From Arcobacteraceae bacterium (GTDB taxonomy: Bacteria > Campylobacterota > Campylobacteria > Campylobacterales > Arcobacteraceae), in NCBI GenBank assembly GCA_048268245.1, contig JBLWVX010000031.1, forward strand, positions 1 through 32,920: DNA of 32,920 bases, given 5' to 3'. The position numbers and the translations under genes are program-made. Positions 15,201-24,307 of the stretch are shown in pieces. Every line of letters begins with the position of its first letter. Position 1 is the first letter of the stretch. Under the pieces are notes generated by a model. It was not told where the DNA came from, did no database searches, and saw only the letters and a program-made list of their open reading frames with translations.

Positions 15201-17618
15201 ATGGAATTAGAAAACTACGATGAATTTCCACAAAGACTACCACTGATAATTGAAGACGAGATATTTTTATATCCTTTTATGATTGCTCCACTTTTCTTGG
15301 ATAGTGATGAGAATATAAGTGCAGTTGAGCAAGCAATAGAAGAGAATAAATTAGTTATTGTTGCTGTTTCAAAACATGGTAAAGAGGGTAAAAGAGATAG
15401 TGATTCTTTTTATGATGTAGGTGTTATTGGAAATATCATGAGAAAAGTAGCTTTACCAGATGGTAAGATTAAAGTACTTTTCCAAGGTCTAGCTAAGGGT
15501 AAAATTATTGATTTTGATGATCAAAACCCTATTAGATGTGAAGTAAATATTTTAGAAAACCAAGAGTTTAGTGATGAGAGTGTTAAATCTGAAATATCAG
15601 TTTTAATAGAGCATGTGAAAAAACTTTCAAGATTAAACTCTAAGTTTCCTGCTGATTTAATCAAAACTATTGAAGAGAATGATGATGCTACAAGAATTGC
15701 TGATTTAATCTCATCAGTTTTAAAAGTAAAAAAAGATGATGCTTATAAGCTTTTCTCACAAACAGATGTTGAGCAAAGATTACTTGATATTATTGAAGTT
15801 ATCAAAAAAGAGATTGAGTCATTTAAAATTCAAAAAGAGATTACTCAAAAAGTAAACTCAAAAATTGAGAAAACTCATAAAGATTACTTCTTAAAAGAGC
15901 AAATAAAAGCTATTCAAAAAGAGCTTGGTACTGATAATAAAAAAGATGAAGAGATTAAGACTTATAAAAAAAGACTTAAAAAACTTAAACCTTTCATGCC
16001 AAAAGATGGATATAAAGAGACTAAAAAGCAAATAGAAAAACTTTCTAGAATGCACCAAGACTCACCAGATGCATCACTTTTGCAAACATATATTGAGCAA
16101 GTACTTGATATTCCATTTGGAGAGTACTCAGATGAAAAAATCTCTGTTGACAACGTAGAAAAACAACTAAATAAAGATCATTACTCTTTAGAAAAAGCAA
16201 AAGAGAGAATCTTAGAGTACTTCGCTGTAAAACAACTTTTAGAGCAAAGAAATGTAGAAGATTTAAAATCTAAGGGTACTGTTTTATGTTTTGTAGGACC
16301 TCCCGGTGTTGGTAAAACATCTTTAGCAAATTCAATTTCAAAAGCACTTCAAAGACCACTTGTAAGAGTAGCTTTAGGTGGAATGGAAGATGTAAATGAA
16401 TTAAGAGGACATAGAAGAACATATGTTGGAGCAATGCCAGGTAGACTTGTAAAAGGTTTAATTGATGCTAAAAAGATGAACCCTGTAATGGTTCTTGATG
16501 AGATTGATAAACTTGGAGCAAATCACAGAGGTGACCCCACAGCTGTAATGTTAGAAGTATTAGACCCGGAACAAAACCATGAGTTTAGAGATTTATATTT
16601 AAACTTTGCTATTGATTTATCACAGGTGATTTTTGTATCAACTGCAAATGATGCTAGAAGAATCCCTGCTGCTCTAAGAGATAGAATGGAGTTTATTAAT
16701 ATTTCATCATATACTCCAAATGAAAAATACCATATTGCAAAAGATTACTTAATCCCACAAGAGTTAGGAAAGCATGGTTTAAATAAAAGCGAGATTAGCT
16801 TATCTAAACCAACTATTGAAGCAATTATTTCTAAATACACAAGAGAAGCTGGGGTTAGAAACTTACGAAGAGTATTCTCTAAACTATTTAGAAAAGCTGC
16901 TAAAAAGATTTTAAGTGATAATAGTGCTTCAAAAGTATCTATTTCAACAAAGAATTTAAAATCATATTTAGATAATCCTATTTTTGAAATAGACCCAGCT
17001 GATAAGAAAAATGCTGTTGGTATTGCAAATGGACTTGCATGGACAGCAGTAGGTGGAGATGTTTTAAAAACTGAAGCTATTAAGTTAAAAGGTAAGGGTA
17101 TTTTATCTGTTACTGGTAATTTAGGTGAGGTTATGAAAGAATCATCTAGAATCTCTTATTCAGTAGTAAAAGTACTTATTGATAATGGAATCTTAAAAAT
17201 TGATGATGAAATTATCCCTAAAACTTTCAAGGAAAAAGAAGAGAACTTAAAAGTTGATGCTAGTGAAGTTTATAAAAGATATGATATTCACTTACATATC
17301 CCAGAAGGAGCAACTCCAAAAGATGGACCAAGTGCTGGTATAACTATGGCTTTAACAATTGCTTCTATTTTAAGTAATAGAGAAATTCAATCAGATGTGG
17401 CAATGACAGGTGAGCTTACACTTTCAGGAAAAGTTTTACCAATTGGTGGATTAAAAGAGAAGTTAATTGCAGCTCATAAAGCTAAAATGACAAAAGCTTT
17501 AATTCCTAAAAAGAACTATGAAAGAGATTTAGAAGATATTCCTGATGAGGTTAAAAAATCTATGGAAATAAAAGCTGTTAATACAATCGAAGATGTATTA
17601 AAAGAGGCTTTAGTATAA
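15201..17618 (+). CDS. lon: ATP-dependent Lon protease
   Basis: GPPGVGKTS, RGHRRTYVGAMPG, LDEIDK, PKDGPSAG (catalytic Ser), IGGLKEK. Confidence 0.98.
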   Translation: MELENYDEFPQRLPLIIEDEIFLYPFMIAPLFLDSDENISAVEQAIEENKLVIVAVSKHGKEGKRDSDSFYDVGVIGNIMRKVALPDGKIKVLFQGLAKGKIIDFDDQNPIRCEVNILENQEFSDESVKSEISVLIEHVKKLSRLNSKFPADLIKTIEENDDATRIADLISSVLKVKKDDAYKLFSQTDVEQRLLDIIEVIKKEIESFKIQKEITQKVNSKIEKTHKDYFLKEQIKAIQKELGTDNKKDEEIKTYKKRLKKLKPFMPKDGYKETKKQIEKLSRMHQDSPDASLLQTYIEQVLDIPFGEYSDEKISVDNVEKQLNKDHYSLEKAKERILEYFAVKQLLEQRNVEDLKSKGTVLCFVGPPGVGKTSLANSISKALQRPLVRVALGGMEDVNELRGHRRTYVGAMPGRLVKGLIDAKKMNPVMVLDEIDKLGANHRGDPTAVMLEVLDPEQNHEFRDLYLNFAIDLSQVIFVSTANDARRIPAALRDRMEFINISSYTPNEKYHIAKDYLIPQELGKHGLNKSEISLSKPTIEAIISKYTREAGVRNLRRVFSKLFRKAAKKILSDNSASKVSISTKNLKSYLDNPIFEIDPADKKNAVGIANGLAWTAVGGDVLKTEAIKLKGKGILSVTGNLGEVMKESSRISYSVVKVLIDNGILKIDDEIIPKTFKEKEENLKVDASEVYKRYDIHLHIPEGATPKDGPSAGITMALTIASILSNREIQSDVAMTGELTLSGKVLPIGGLKEKLIAAHKAKMTKALIPKKNYERDLEDIPDEVKKSMEIKAVNTIEDVLKEALV

Positions 17619-17628
17619 AGAATAATTT

Positions 17629-18201
17629 ATGCGAAATTTGAGGCAAAGCCAAGTAATAAATAACTTTTTTACTCTTGCCTCAATTATAATTATTTCAGTA
17701 ACATTAACTTTATATGTAAAATATATAGTTAATGAGCCTGAAATCACAAAAGAAAAAGTAACACCTCTATCTTGTGAAGATATAACCCTTACAAAATACA
17801 AAGTATATAATCAACAACTTTTAAATGACTCACTAAAGGCTTTAAGAAAAGGCTTTTATAAATTAAACGGAAGCTATAAAAAAGCAAAAGTTTCGAATGT
17901 AGAAGAACTAATAAGTTTAAATAAACTTGATGAGTTTTACATGCAAGCAATACAGCGAGCACCTAGAAAAAATATAAAGAAATATCTAAGTATCGAATAC
18001 AAATTGGTAGAAAAAAATAGTACAGATAATAAAATAAAAAGAAAGCAGTTTTATTCAGGCTCAATTCTTACAGTATTTAAAGCAGATAATAAAGAGATAT
18101 TTAAAATATTTACTGATTTTAGATTGTATGATGATAAAGAGATTTTTAATAGAATAGATTGTTCAATAAAGGTATATAAAAATAATGTTAAGAAGTTATA
18201 A
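17629..18201 (+). CDS. Hypothetical protein with N-terminal membrane anchor
   Basis: 190-aa ORF in operon-like packing with one TM segment. Confidence 0.75.
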   Translation: MRNLRQSQVINNFFTLASIIIISVTLTLYVKYIVNEPEITKEKVTPLSCEDITLTKYKVYNQQLLNDSLKALRKGFYKLNGSYKKAKVSNVEELISLNKLDEFYMQAIQRAPRKNIKKYLSIEYKLVEKNSTDNKIKRKQFYSGSILTVFKADNKEIFKIFTDFRLYDDKEIFNRIDCSIKVYKNNVKKL

Positions 18202-18724
18202 TCAATCAAAGTTTACAGCAACAAATATAATAATAGCTATAACGATTATTATGTATATTATTCAAGAAAGTATTAACCAAGGAGGTTTGCTTTTTGGTTT
18301 AAATATGTATTTTGTTGTGTATGATTTTTGGTGGCAACCACTGTCTACTATGTTTGCTCATGGAGGTATTTTCCATCTTGCTATGAATATGTTTGTACTT
18401 TATCAATTTGGTGGTTTAATAGAGAGATTTAGAGGTGCTAAAGAGTTAGTACTTTTATATTTTATCTGTGGTATTTCTACATCTTTAATCTCTTTTGCTT
18501 ATATATATTATTTAGATAATTACGTAAATTTAGTAGGAGCATCAGGTGCAATTTCTGCTATCTTAGGATATGTAGCTTTTTGGGATAAGGCTCAAAGAGG
18601 TGGTATCATAACTTGGGTTTTACTTATCTCAGTTGCCCCTCTACTTATAGGTCTTCCAATTGCTTGGTATTCTCACTTTATAGGTTTAGCTGTAGGATTT
18701 TTATATGCAATAGTTAGAAGATAA
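18185..18724 (+). CDS. Rhomboid family intramembrane serine protease
   Basis: FAHGGIFHLAMNM, GASGA, SHFIG motifs. Confidence 0.93.
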   Translation: MLRSYNQSKFTATNIIIAITIIMYIIQESINQGGLLFGLNMYFVVYDFWWQPLSTMFAHGGIFHLAMNMFVLYQFGGLIERFRGAKELVLLYFICGISTSLISFAYIYYLDNYVNLVGASGAISAILGYVAFWDKAQRGGIITWVLLISVAPLLIGLPIAWYSHFIGLAVGFLYAIVRR

Positions 18725-18728
18725 ACTT

Positions 18729-19420
18729 CTAATTATTGTCATAATACTTACTTGAAAACTCTTTTATTTTTCCTTCATTGATTATATCTTCTAACGCTTG
18801 GTTAATTTCATCCATTCTATTTATAAAGGTAGATTTTTTTGAAACACCTATGTATAAGTCTAGTTTCTTAGAGGGTCTAAAGTCAGCTTTTTCTATCAAA
18901 TCATGGAAAGCATTTTTTTATTTCACAATCTGTACTAATTATAACTTTTATTCTTTTTAAAGATAGCATTTTTAAAAGTTGCTTTTCATTTTGTAACGGC
19001 TCTTTTTTTAAGTGTAGAGTCTTTATCAAATTTCTTGAAGTATACAGAATTGTTTACATAACCTATTAAATGAGCTTTTAAATCCTTGTAAGTTTTGATA
19101 GTGTTACCTAAACCTTTTTGTGTATAAAATACAGGAGAACATGAGTAGTAAGGAACAGAACTATATTTTATATATTCTTGTCTTTCTTTTTTATAGCTAT
19201 ACCACTAATAGTATCAACTGAGCCATTTTTCATATTTACTAAACTTCTATCCCATGGATAGTTCTTGCCATAAATCAAAATCAATTCCAGAATAGGTGTT
19301 GTTTTGTGTCATGCAAAAGGGAGGCTAGTCATCTGTTGGGATTATAATTTCTTCTTTTGCATGTATTGATGAAAAAGTTAAAAAACATAATATTGTTATT
19401 AGTATTGATTTACTTAACAT
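18729..19420 (-). pseudogene. Family-3 periplasmic solute-binding protein pseudogene
   Basis: Signal peptide MLSKSILITILCFLTFSSIHA; TDD*PPF (stop where W is expected); GIDFDLWQEL then a frameshift to PWDRSLVNMKNGSVD; further frameshift near 19190; C-terminus LYIGVSKKS..EINQALEDII. Confidence 0.85.
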
Positions 19421-19497
19421 AATAAACTTCTTTAAATAAAAAGTTTTAGATATAATAATAATTATAACATATTACGATAAAGATGCATGTATATAAA

Positions 19498-19659
19498 TTA
19501 TAGTTTTGTAAAGAATGTATATGCTCCCATAACAACTAATACAAAAGCAAGTGTAATAAATATATCTTTTAGTGTTACAGTAGGATTTAAAATACCACAA
19601 TAGGGGCATTGTCTTTTTTTTGGTTCAATTTCTCTTTTGCAGTTCTTACAAGTAGCTAT
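19498..19659 (-). CDS. Unlisted 53-aa zinc-ribbon membrane protein with ATA start (or start-lost pseudogene)
   Basis: (M)ATCKNCKREIEPKKRQCPYCGILNPTVTLKDIFITLAFVLVVMGAYTFFTKL; AAGGA SD 6 nt upstream of ATA. Confidence 0.7.
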   Translation of the reverse strand: MATCKNCKREIEPKKRQCPYCGILNPTVTLKDIFITLAFVLVVMGAYTFFTKL

Positions 19660-19750
19660 GATGTATCCTTTTTTTGTTGAGATATTAGCATAAAGAGTGT
19701 TAAAAATAAAAATATTTCAATCTGCAATATATTTACATAGAAATTGATTT

Positions 19751-21052
19751 TTGAGTTATACTTCCAAAATGTTTTTACATTTAGATTTAGATTGTTTTTT
19801 TGTATCAGCCCATAGAACTATTGATAGTAGTTTAGAACATATTCCAGTTGCGGTTGGAGGACGAAGTAATCTTAATATTTTCTCTTCAAAAAAAGAGATA
19901 AGAAAAATCTCTTCAAACTCAGGAGCTTTTGTAAGTACTATTCTTACAAATGAAGGGGAGAAAAGTTTTCAAGACTACTTTGTAGATGAAAATGGCAAAA
20001 TAAGAGGAATCATAACTACAGCATCATATGAGGCAAGAGCTTTTGGAGTTAAAACTGCCATGAGTGTAAATGAGGCTTTGAAATTATGCCCAAATTTAAA
20101 GATGCTAGCTCCAAACTATCCTTTATATCATGATTTATCCCAAAAATTAAAAGAACTACTTATAAAAGAGATACCTCTAGTTGAACAGTTTTCAATAGAT
20201 GAATTTTTTGGAGATGTATCTGGATATATAGATGAAGATGAAATAGTTGAGTTTGCATATAATTTAAAAAAGAAAATATTTAATGAACTTAAACTTCCCA
20301 TATCAATAGGTATAGCAAATACAAAGTTTTTATCAAAACTTATAACAGAATATGCAAAACCTGATGGAGTTAAATATGTAGGGCTTGATCATATTGCAAA
20401 TTTTACTAGAAGCATTCCTATTGAAGAGTTTCCTGGAATTGGTAAAGGTTTTCAAAAAAGACTTAAAGGTTATGGAATAAAAACTTTAGGGGATATAAGA
20501 AAAAAAAGAGAGCTGTTTTATTCGTGGAAGAAACCAGGAATTGATTTATATAACCGTGTATGTGGAATAAGAGATACAAAACTAACTTTAGAGAGAGAAA
20601 AAAAGTCAATAGGAATAGGGCGAAGTTTCGATCCTATATTTGATAGGGATGAACTAAAAAGAAGAGTTATGATACTTAGTAGGTATCTATGTTTTTTAGT
20701 AAAAAAAGCAAATGTAAACCCTTTGACATATGCAATAAAAATAAAATATGAATATAAAATAAAATCAAAAAATTATATAAATGTAAATAGAATATTTAAT
20801 GAAACAGATTTTAAAGAAGCAATGGCAAATCTTTTTTTAGAAAATGATATACATCCAACACATGGTGTAATACAACTTAATATCACAGTATCAAACTTTG
20901 CAAAAGTAAACGAATATACTTATAATCTTTTTGAATATGAAGGAGATTTAAAAAAAAGAGCACTTACAAATCAAGTCCAAAAGTTAAGAACAAAATTTGG
21001 GGTTGATATAATTAAAAGTGCAAGTGAATTAAAAAAAGAGTTTAAGTCGTAG
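19751..21052 (+). CDS. dinB: DNA polymerase IV (Y family)
   Basis: HLDLDCFFVS, ASYEAR, SIDE, KPDG motifs; the start may be ATG 19769. Confidence 0.95.
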   Translation: MSYTSKMFLHLDLDCFFVSAHRTIDSSLEHIPVAVGGRSNLNIFSSKKEIRKISSNSGAFVSTILTNEGEKSFQDYFVDENGKIRGIITTASYEARAFGVKTAMSVNEALKLCPNLKMLAPNYPLYHDLSQKLKELLIKEIPLVEQFSIDEFFGDVSGYIDEDEIVEFAYNLKKKIFNELKLPISIGIANTKFLSKLITEYAKPDGVKYVGLDHIANFTRSIPIEEFPGIGKGFQKRLKGYGIKTLGDIRKKRELFYSWKKPGIDLYNRVCGIRDTKLTLEREKKSIGIGRSFDPIFDRDELKRRVMILSRYLCFLVKKANVNPLTYAIKIKYEYKIKSKNYINVNRIFNETDFKEAMANLFLENDIHPTHGVIQLNITVSNFAKVNEYTYNLFEYEGDLKKRALTNQVQKLRTKFGVDIIKSASELKKEFKS

Positions 21053-22861
21053 AAAAGCTTTTTTATAATTGTTCTTTTCAAAATTTCCTTCTATAGAAAA
21101 ATTTTTAGATATTTTATATTGAGAAGAGATTTTTACAAATTGATTTTTTTCATGTTTTTTTGTAAATTCTACTCCTGTTGAAATCAAATTTTTAGTATTT
21201 GAAATTTCAAAATTTAGATTTATATTTGGAGAAATTTTTGTATATGGATTGTTTGAATGAACAGAAGTATTTATAAATGGATAAAAGATAAAATTTTCAT
21301 TTATTTTAAAAGCTTTTCCTATTCCTGAATCTATAAAAAAGTCATTTTTTCTTTTTCTTGTATATATAGATTTAGTTCCAATATTTAAACTCCATGAAGG
21401 AATGAAATTCTCTTCCCAAGGTAAATAGATAGTTTTAAGCTTTTTTATCTTTATCAAATCAAAATAGTTCATAAAAACTTTATTGTCTTTATATCCTAAA
21501 GATGTATTCCCTACAATTAGTTCATCAAAATCAAGACTATTATCTCCAATAGATTCAATAGCAAAAGCTGTAAAATCAACGCTTTGATAATAAAAATTAT
21601 TTAGATAGTTGATAGATGTTGAAATAATTGAAGGTTTATTTCCTTTTGCTGGAGATGATTTGTTTTCTATAAATATTTTATTTTCTTTACTAATTGGTAG
21701 TTTGAATCTTTCTATAAGAATTATTCTTTTATATTTATTATTTCTTTCAGGGTTTTTTATTATTTGATATTTTTCAAAATCTAATAAAAAGTTTAATATT
21801 GTTATTTTACTTTTAATATTGATTTCTTTTAGCTTATTCGCTAGGTTTTTATAATCACTTTTTATTAGTGAAGTCACTAAAGCTTTTTCATTTTCTTTTA
21901 ATGATGAAAATCTTTTATATATAGTTTTTTCCGATGAGGGGATATATCTTATATTTTTTATAATTTTCTTATTTTCATTTATTTCTTCAAGTTTATGAAA
22001 TGTTTCAATTGGTGCATACCAAACTCTGGCATTATCAATTATTGCTTCTTTTGAGATTAGCTCAAAAAGCTCTGATACTCTATATGCACAGTTTTTGTTT
22101 AAAAAATAATAGTCAAATTTTTTTGTAATAACTTCCCATAAATGAAAAAGAATAAGTTTTTGTTCATATGAATTTAAATTTAGCTTGTAGTCCCACATAT
22201 CTCTAAATTCATTATGTGAATAAACTAAATCTTGAGTATAAAAATATTTATCTGAAAAACCAGCTTTATATCCACCAAAAATACCTTTTAGTATATATTT
22301 TACAATATTTTCATTTTCAGGGACTAATGCTCCAAAATTAACTGATAAATCAAATAGGTCATTTTCTAAATCATTTTTAGTATTTAGTTTTATAAAAGAG
22401 TGCCCAAATGTTGAAGCAGGATTACCAAGGTATCCACTAACTAAGATAAGGGATATTGAAGATGTTTCTTTTAATGCTTTCCATTTATTTAGATTTTTAC
22501 AAAAAGGTTTTACCTCTTCAAAATTTGCTAAATTAAGTTTTTTAGAAAGCCAAAAATATCTTGCAGGAAATTTACATTGAGGATGGTTATCATCTTTTTT
22601 ATATTTTTTGAAGTTATTGTATGCATTAAGAGTTTTTAACAATTCTTCTCTAGGATCTTTTTTTGATAAATAAAACTCTTTTGTTGTAATTTTATTTATT
22701 TTATTTTCATTATGAATAAGTGTAAGCCAGGTTTTTTCTTTAGATAATGATAGAAGTTCTTTTTCTGTAACCTCAATAGCATATGCCCTAGTAAAAATAA
22801 AAAAAATAAAATAAAAAAGTAATTTGTAATTCAATAATAGACCTAATGAAGCTAATACCAA
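21029..22861 (-). CDS. DUF4105-like (Lnb N-terminal-type) domain protein with a probable C-terminal beta-barrel
   Basis: QCKFPARY, PASTFGH, NFGA, Y..EFRDMW.Y, YYFLNKNCA motifs; C-terminal aromatic LKLFF; real start probably TTG 22834. Confidence 0.8.
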   Translation of the reverse strand: MVLASLGLLLNYKLLFYFIFFIFTRAYAIEVTEKELLSLSKEKTWLTLIHNENKINKITTKEFYLSKKDPREELLKTLNAYNNFKKYKKDDNHPQCKFPARYFWLSKKLNLANFEEVKPFCKNLNKWKALKETSSISLILVSGYLGNPASTFGHSFIKLNTKNDLENDLFDLSVNFGALVPENENIVKYILKGIFGGYKAGFSDKYFYTQDLVYSHNEFRDMWDYKLNLNSYEQKLILFHLWEVITKKFDYYFLNKNCAYRVSELFELISKEAIIDNARVWYAPIETFHKLEEINENKKIIKNIRYIPSSEKTIYKRFSSLKENEKALVTSLIKSDYKNLANKLKEINIKSKITILNFLLDFEKYQIIKNPERNNKYKRIILIERFKLPISKENKIFIENKSSPAKGNKPSIISTSINYLNNFYYQSVDFTAFAIESIGDNSLDFDELIVGNTSLGYKDNKVFMNYFDLIKIKKLKTIYLPWEENFIPSWSLNIGTKSIYTRKRKNDFFIDSGIGKAFKINENFIFYPFINTSVHSNNPYTKISPNINLNFEISNTKNLISTGVEFTKKHEKNQFVKISSQYKISKNFSIEGNFEKNNYKKAFLRLKLFF

Positions 22862-22876
22862 AAATGGTATCAGCTT
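22849..22876 (-). terminator. Intercistronic hairpin between the DUF3015-like and DUF4105-like genes
   Basis: On the minus strand AAGCTGATACCA-tttt-TGGTATTAGCTT, a 12-bp stem with one G-U pair. Confidence 0.55.
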
Positions 22877-22882
22877 AATGAT

Positions 22883-23350
22883 TTAGTAAATTGTATTATA
22901 CAATTTTTCAGATTTTTTGTAAGTTGAAAGTTCTGAGTATTCAGCACTTGCAATAGTTTCAGAGAATTTATTTCTTAAAGAAAGAATAAATTCTTTATTT
23001 GTTTGAGAGTCTTTTTTAGCTAAAGAAGCTAAAGTGTTAAGATATTTTCCTTCACCTTTAGCTAAGTCTTTTTCAATATTCTCATAACTATCATTAATAA
23101 ATGCAGCAACTTTTGCTTTTCCACCTGCACAAGAATCAGCTGATGAAATGTTTGAAGAAATAGCAGTTGTTCCTAAATCCCAAGTTACATTTGTAACCGC
23201 AGCAACCGCAGCATTTTTAGGTGCAATCATTGCTCCTAAACCACACTCTGTATAAATATCCGCAAATTCTCTTGCTTGAGAGTCTTGTGCTGTTGTTAAC
23301 ATTAGTGCAGTAACAGCAGCAATTGAAAGTTTCATTGTTTTTGTAAACAT
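22883..23350 (-). CDS. DUF3015-like exported protein
   Basis: Signal peptide, CGLGAMI, TN.T..GT..SN, FIN......KDLAKGEGKYLNTL; adjacent to the DUF4105-like gene. Confidence 0.8.
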   Translation of the reverse strand: MFTKTMKLSIAAVTALMLTTAQDSQAREFADIYTECGLGAMIAPKNAAVAAVTNVTWDLGTTAISSNISSADSCAGGKAKVAAFINDSYENIEKDLAKGEGKYLNTLASLAKKDSQTNKEFILSLRNKFSETIASAEYSELSTYKKSEKLYNTIY

Positions 23351-23483
23351 TTTAGAATCCTTGATATAAATAGTTTAAAATAAGAATTATTTTAATAGTT
23401 AAATTATAACATTTTAAACTTGTAAAGTTATTATTTTATAATAAGGGTTTTATTAATGACAATTTTTTTATTTTTTTATATTA

Positions 23484-23492
23484 TGCTATAAT
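23484..23492 (+). promoter_or_regulatory. Extended -10 promoter element
   Basis: TGCTATAAT about 25 nt upstream of ATG 23518. Confidence 0.55.
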
Positions 23493-23517
23493 GCAAAAAA
23501 ATAAAAGTGAATAAATT

Positions 23518-23832
23518 ATGGGTATAAAAGATAAATTAAAAGAAAAGTCAAATAGATTACTAAATATAGCATCAGAAAATACTACAAAAGCTTTTGATTA
23601 TCCTAAGTTAAAAAGCGAGCAAGTTAAAGAGGCTATTAGATTAAAGGTTCGAGAGAAAGCTATTTTAGCTACAAAAGCTAGACTTGTTGAAAATCATAAA
23701 AGCTTTGATAATTTTAGTGATGAAGAACTTGAAATAATAATTGCAGATGAAGAAAGAAAGATTATGGATGATTTGAAAACTAAATCTTTAGTCGTAGCTT
23801 TAGCTGCACTTGGATTAAACTTTTTTGTATAG
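23518..23832 (+). CDS. Hypothetical protein with C-terminal hydrophobic tail
   Basis: 104-aa ORF with an upstream promoter element. Confidence 0.8.
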   Translation: MGIKDKLKEKSNRLLNIASENTTKAFDYPKLKSEQVKEAIRLKVREKAILATKARLVENHKSFDNFSDEELEIIIADEERKIMDDLKTKSLVVALAALGLNFFV

Positions 23833-23840
23833 GCCTTTAA

Positions 23841-24239
23841 ATGTTTAAACAAGTAAAGTCTGCACTATTTTGGTACTATTTATATAAGTTTAGAAAAAGA
23901 GTAGTTTTGATAGCTCTTTTACTAATTGTTGCTTTATTTGCGAATGCAATTTATTCTGACATAGTTGAGTACTTGAAGTTAAAAGATAAATTAGAATTTT
24001 TAGAATTAGCACTTATTATAAAATGGATAATTATTATTTTTAACCTTATTTTTTCTATATATTTAGTATTAACACTTTTTAAAAAAGAAGAAGTTGTAAC
24101 AAAAAATAAAACAAAAGAAAAAGAAGATGATACAAATAATAAAAAGATGTCATCTATAAATACCTTAACTGACAAAGAAAAATCTTTTCTTAATAAAAAG
24201 AAATTAAAATCAAAGGCGGATTATTTAGTTGATAAATAA
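23841..24239 (+). CDS. Hypothetical membrane protein (2 TM)
   Basis: 132-aa ORF co-oriented with the upstream gene. Confidence 0.8.
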   Translation: MFKQVKSALFWYYLYKFRKRVVLIALLLIVALFANAIYSDIVEYLKLKDKLEFLELALIIKWIIIIFNLIFSIYLVLTLFKKEEVVTKNKTKEKEDDTNNKKMSSINTLTDKEKSFLNKKKLKSKADYLVDK

Positions 24240-24307
24240 TTTTCATAACATTATTTAATAGGCATTATAGTATCATATATTTATGAATAAAAATTATAAG
24301 GTTAGTA

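Noticed and set aside
12089..18960. Short opposite-strand ORFs at 12089, 13587, 15962, 17610 and 18778
   Set aside because: Antisense to rdgB, proC/pilin, lon, the hypothetical gene or the pseudogene; no motifs
19700..19750. SOS box upstream of dinB
   Set aside because: Only a weak AT-rich pseudo-palindrome; no match to a LexA box I can support
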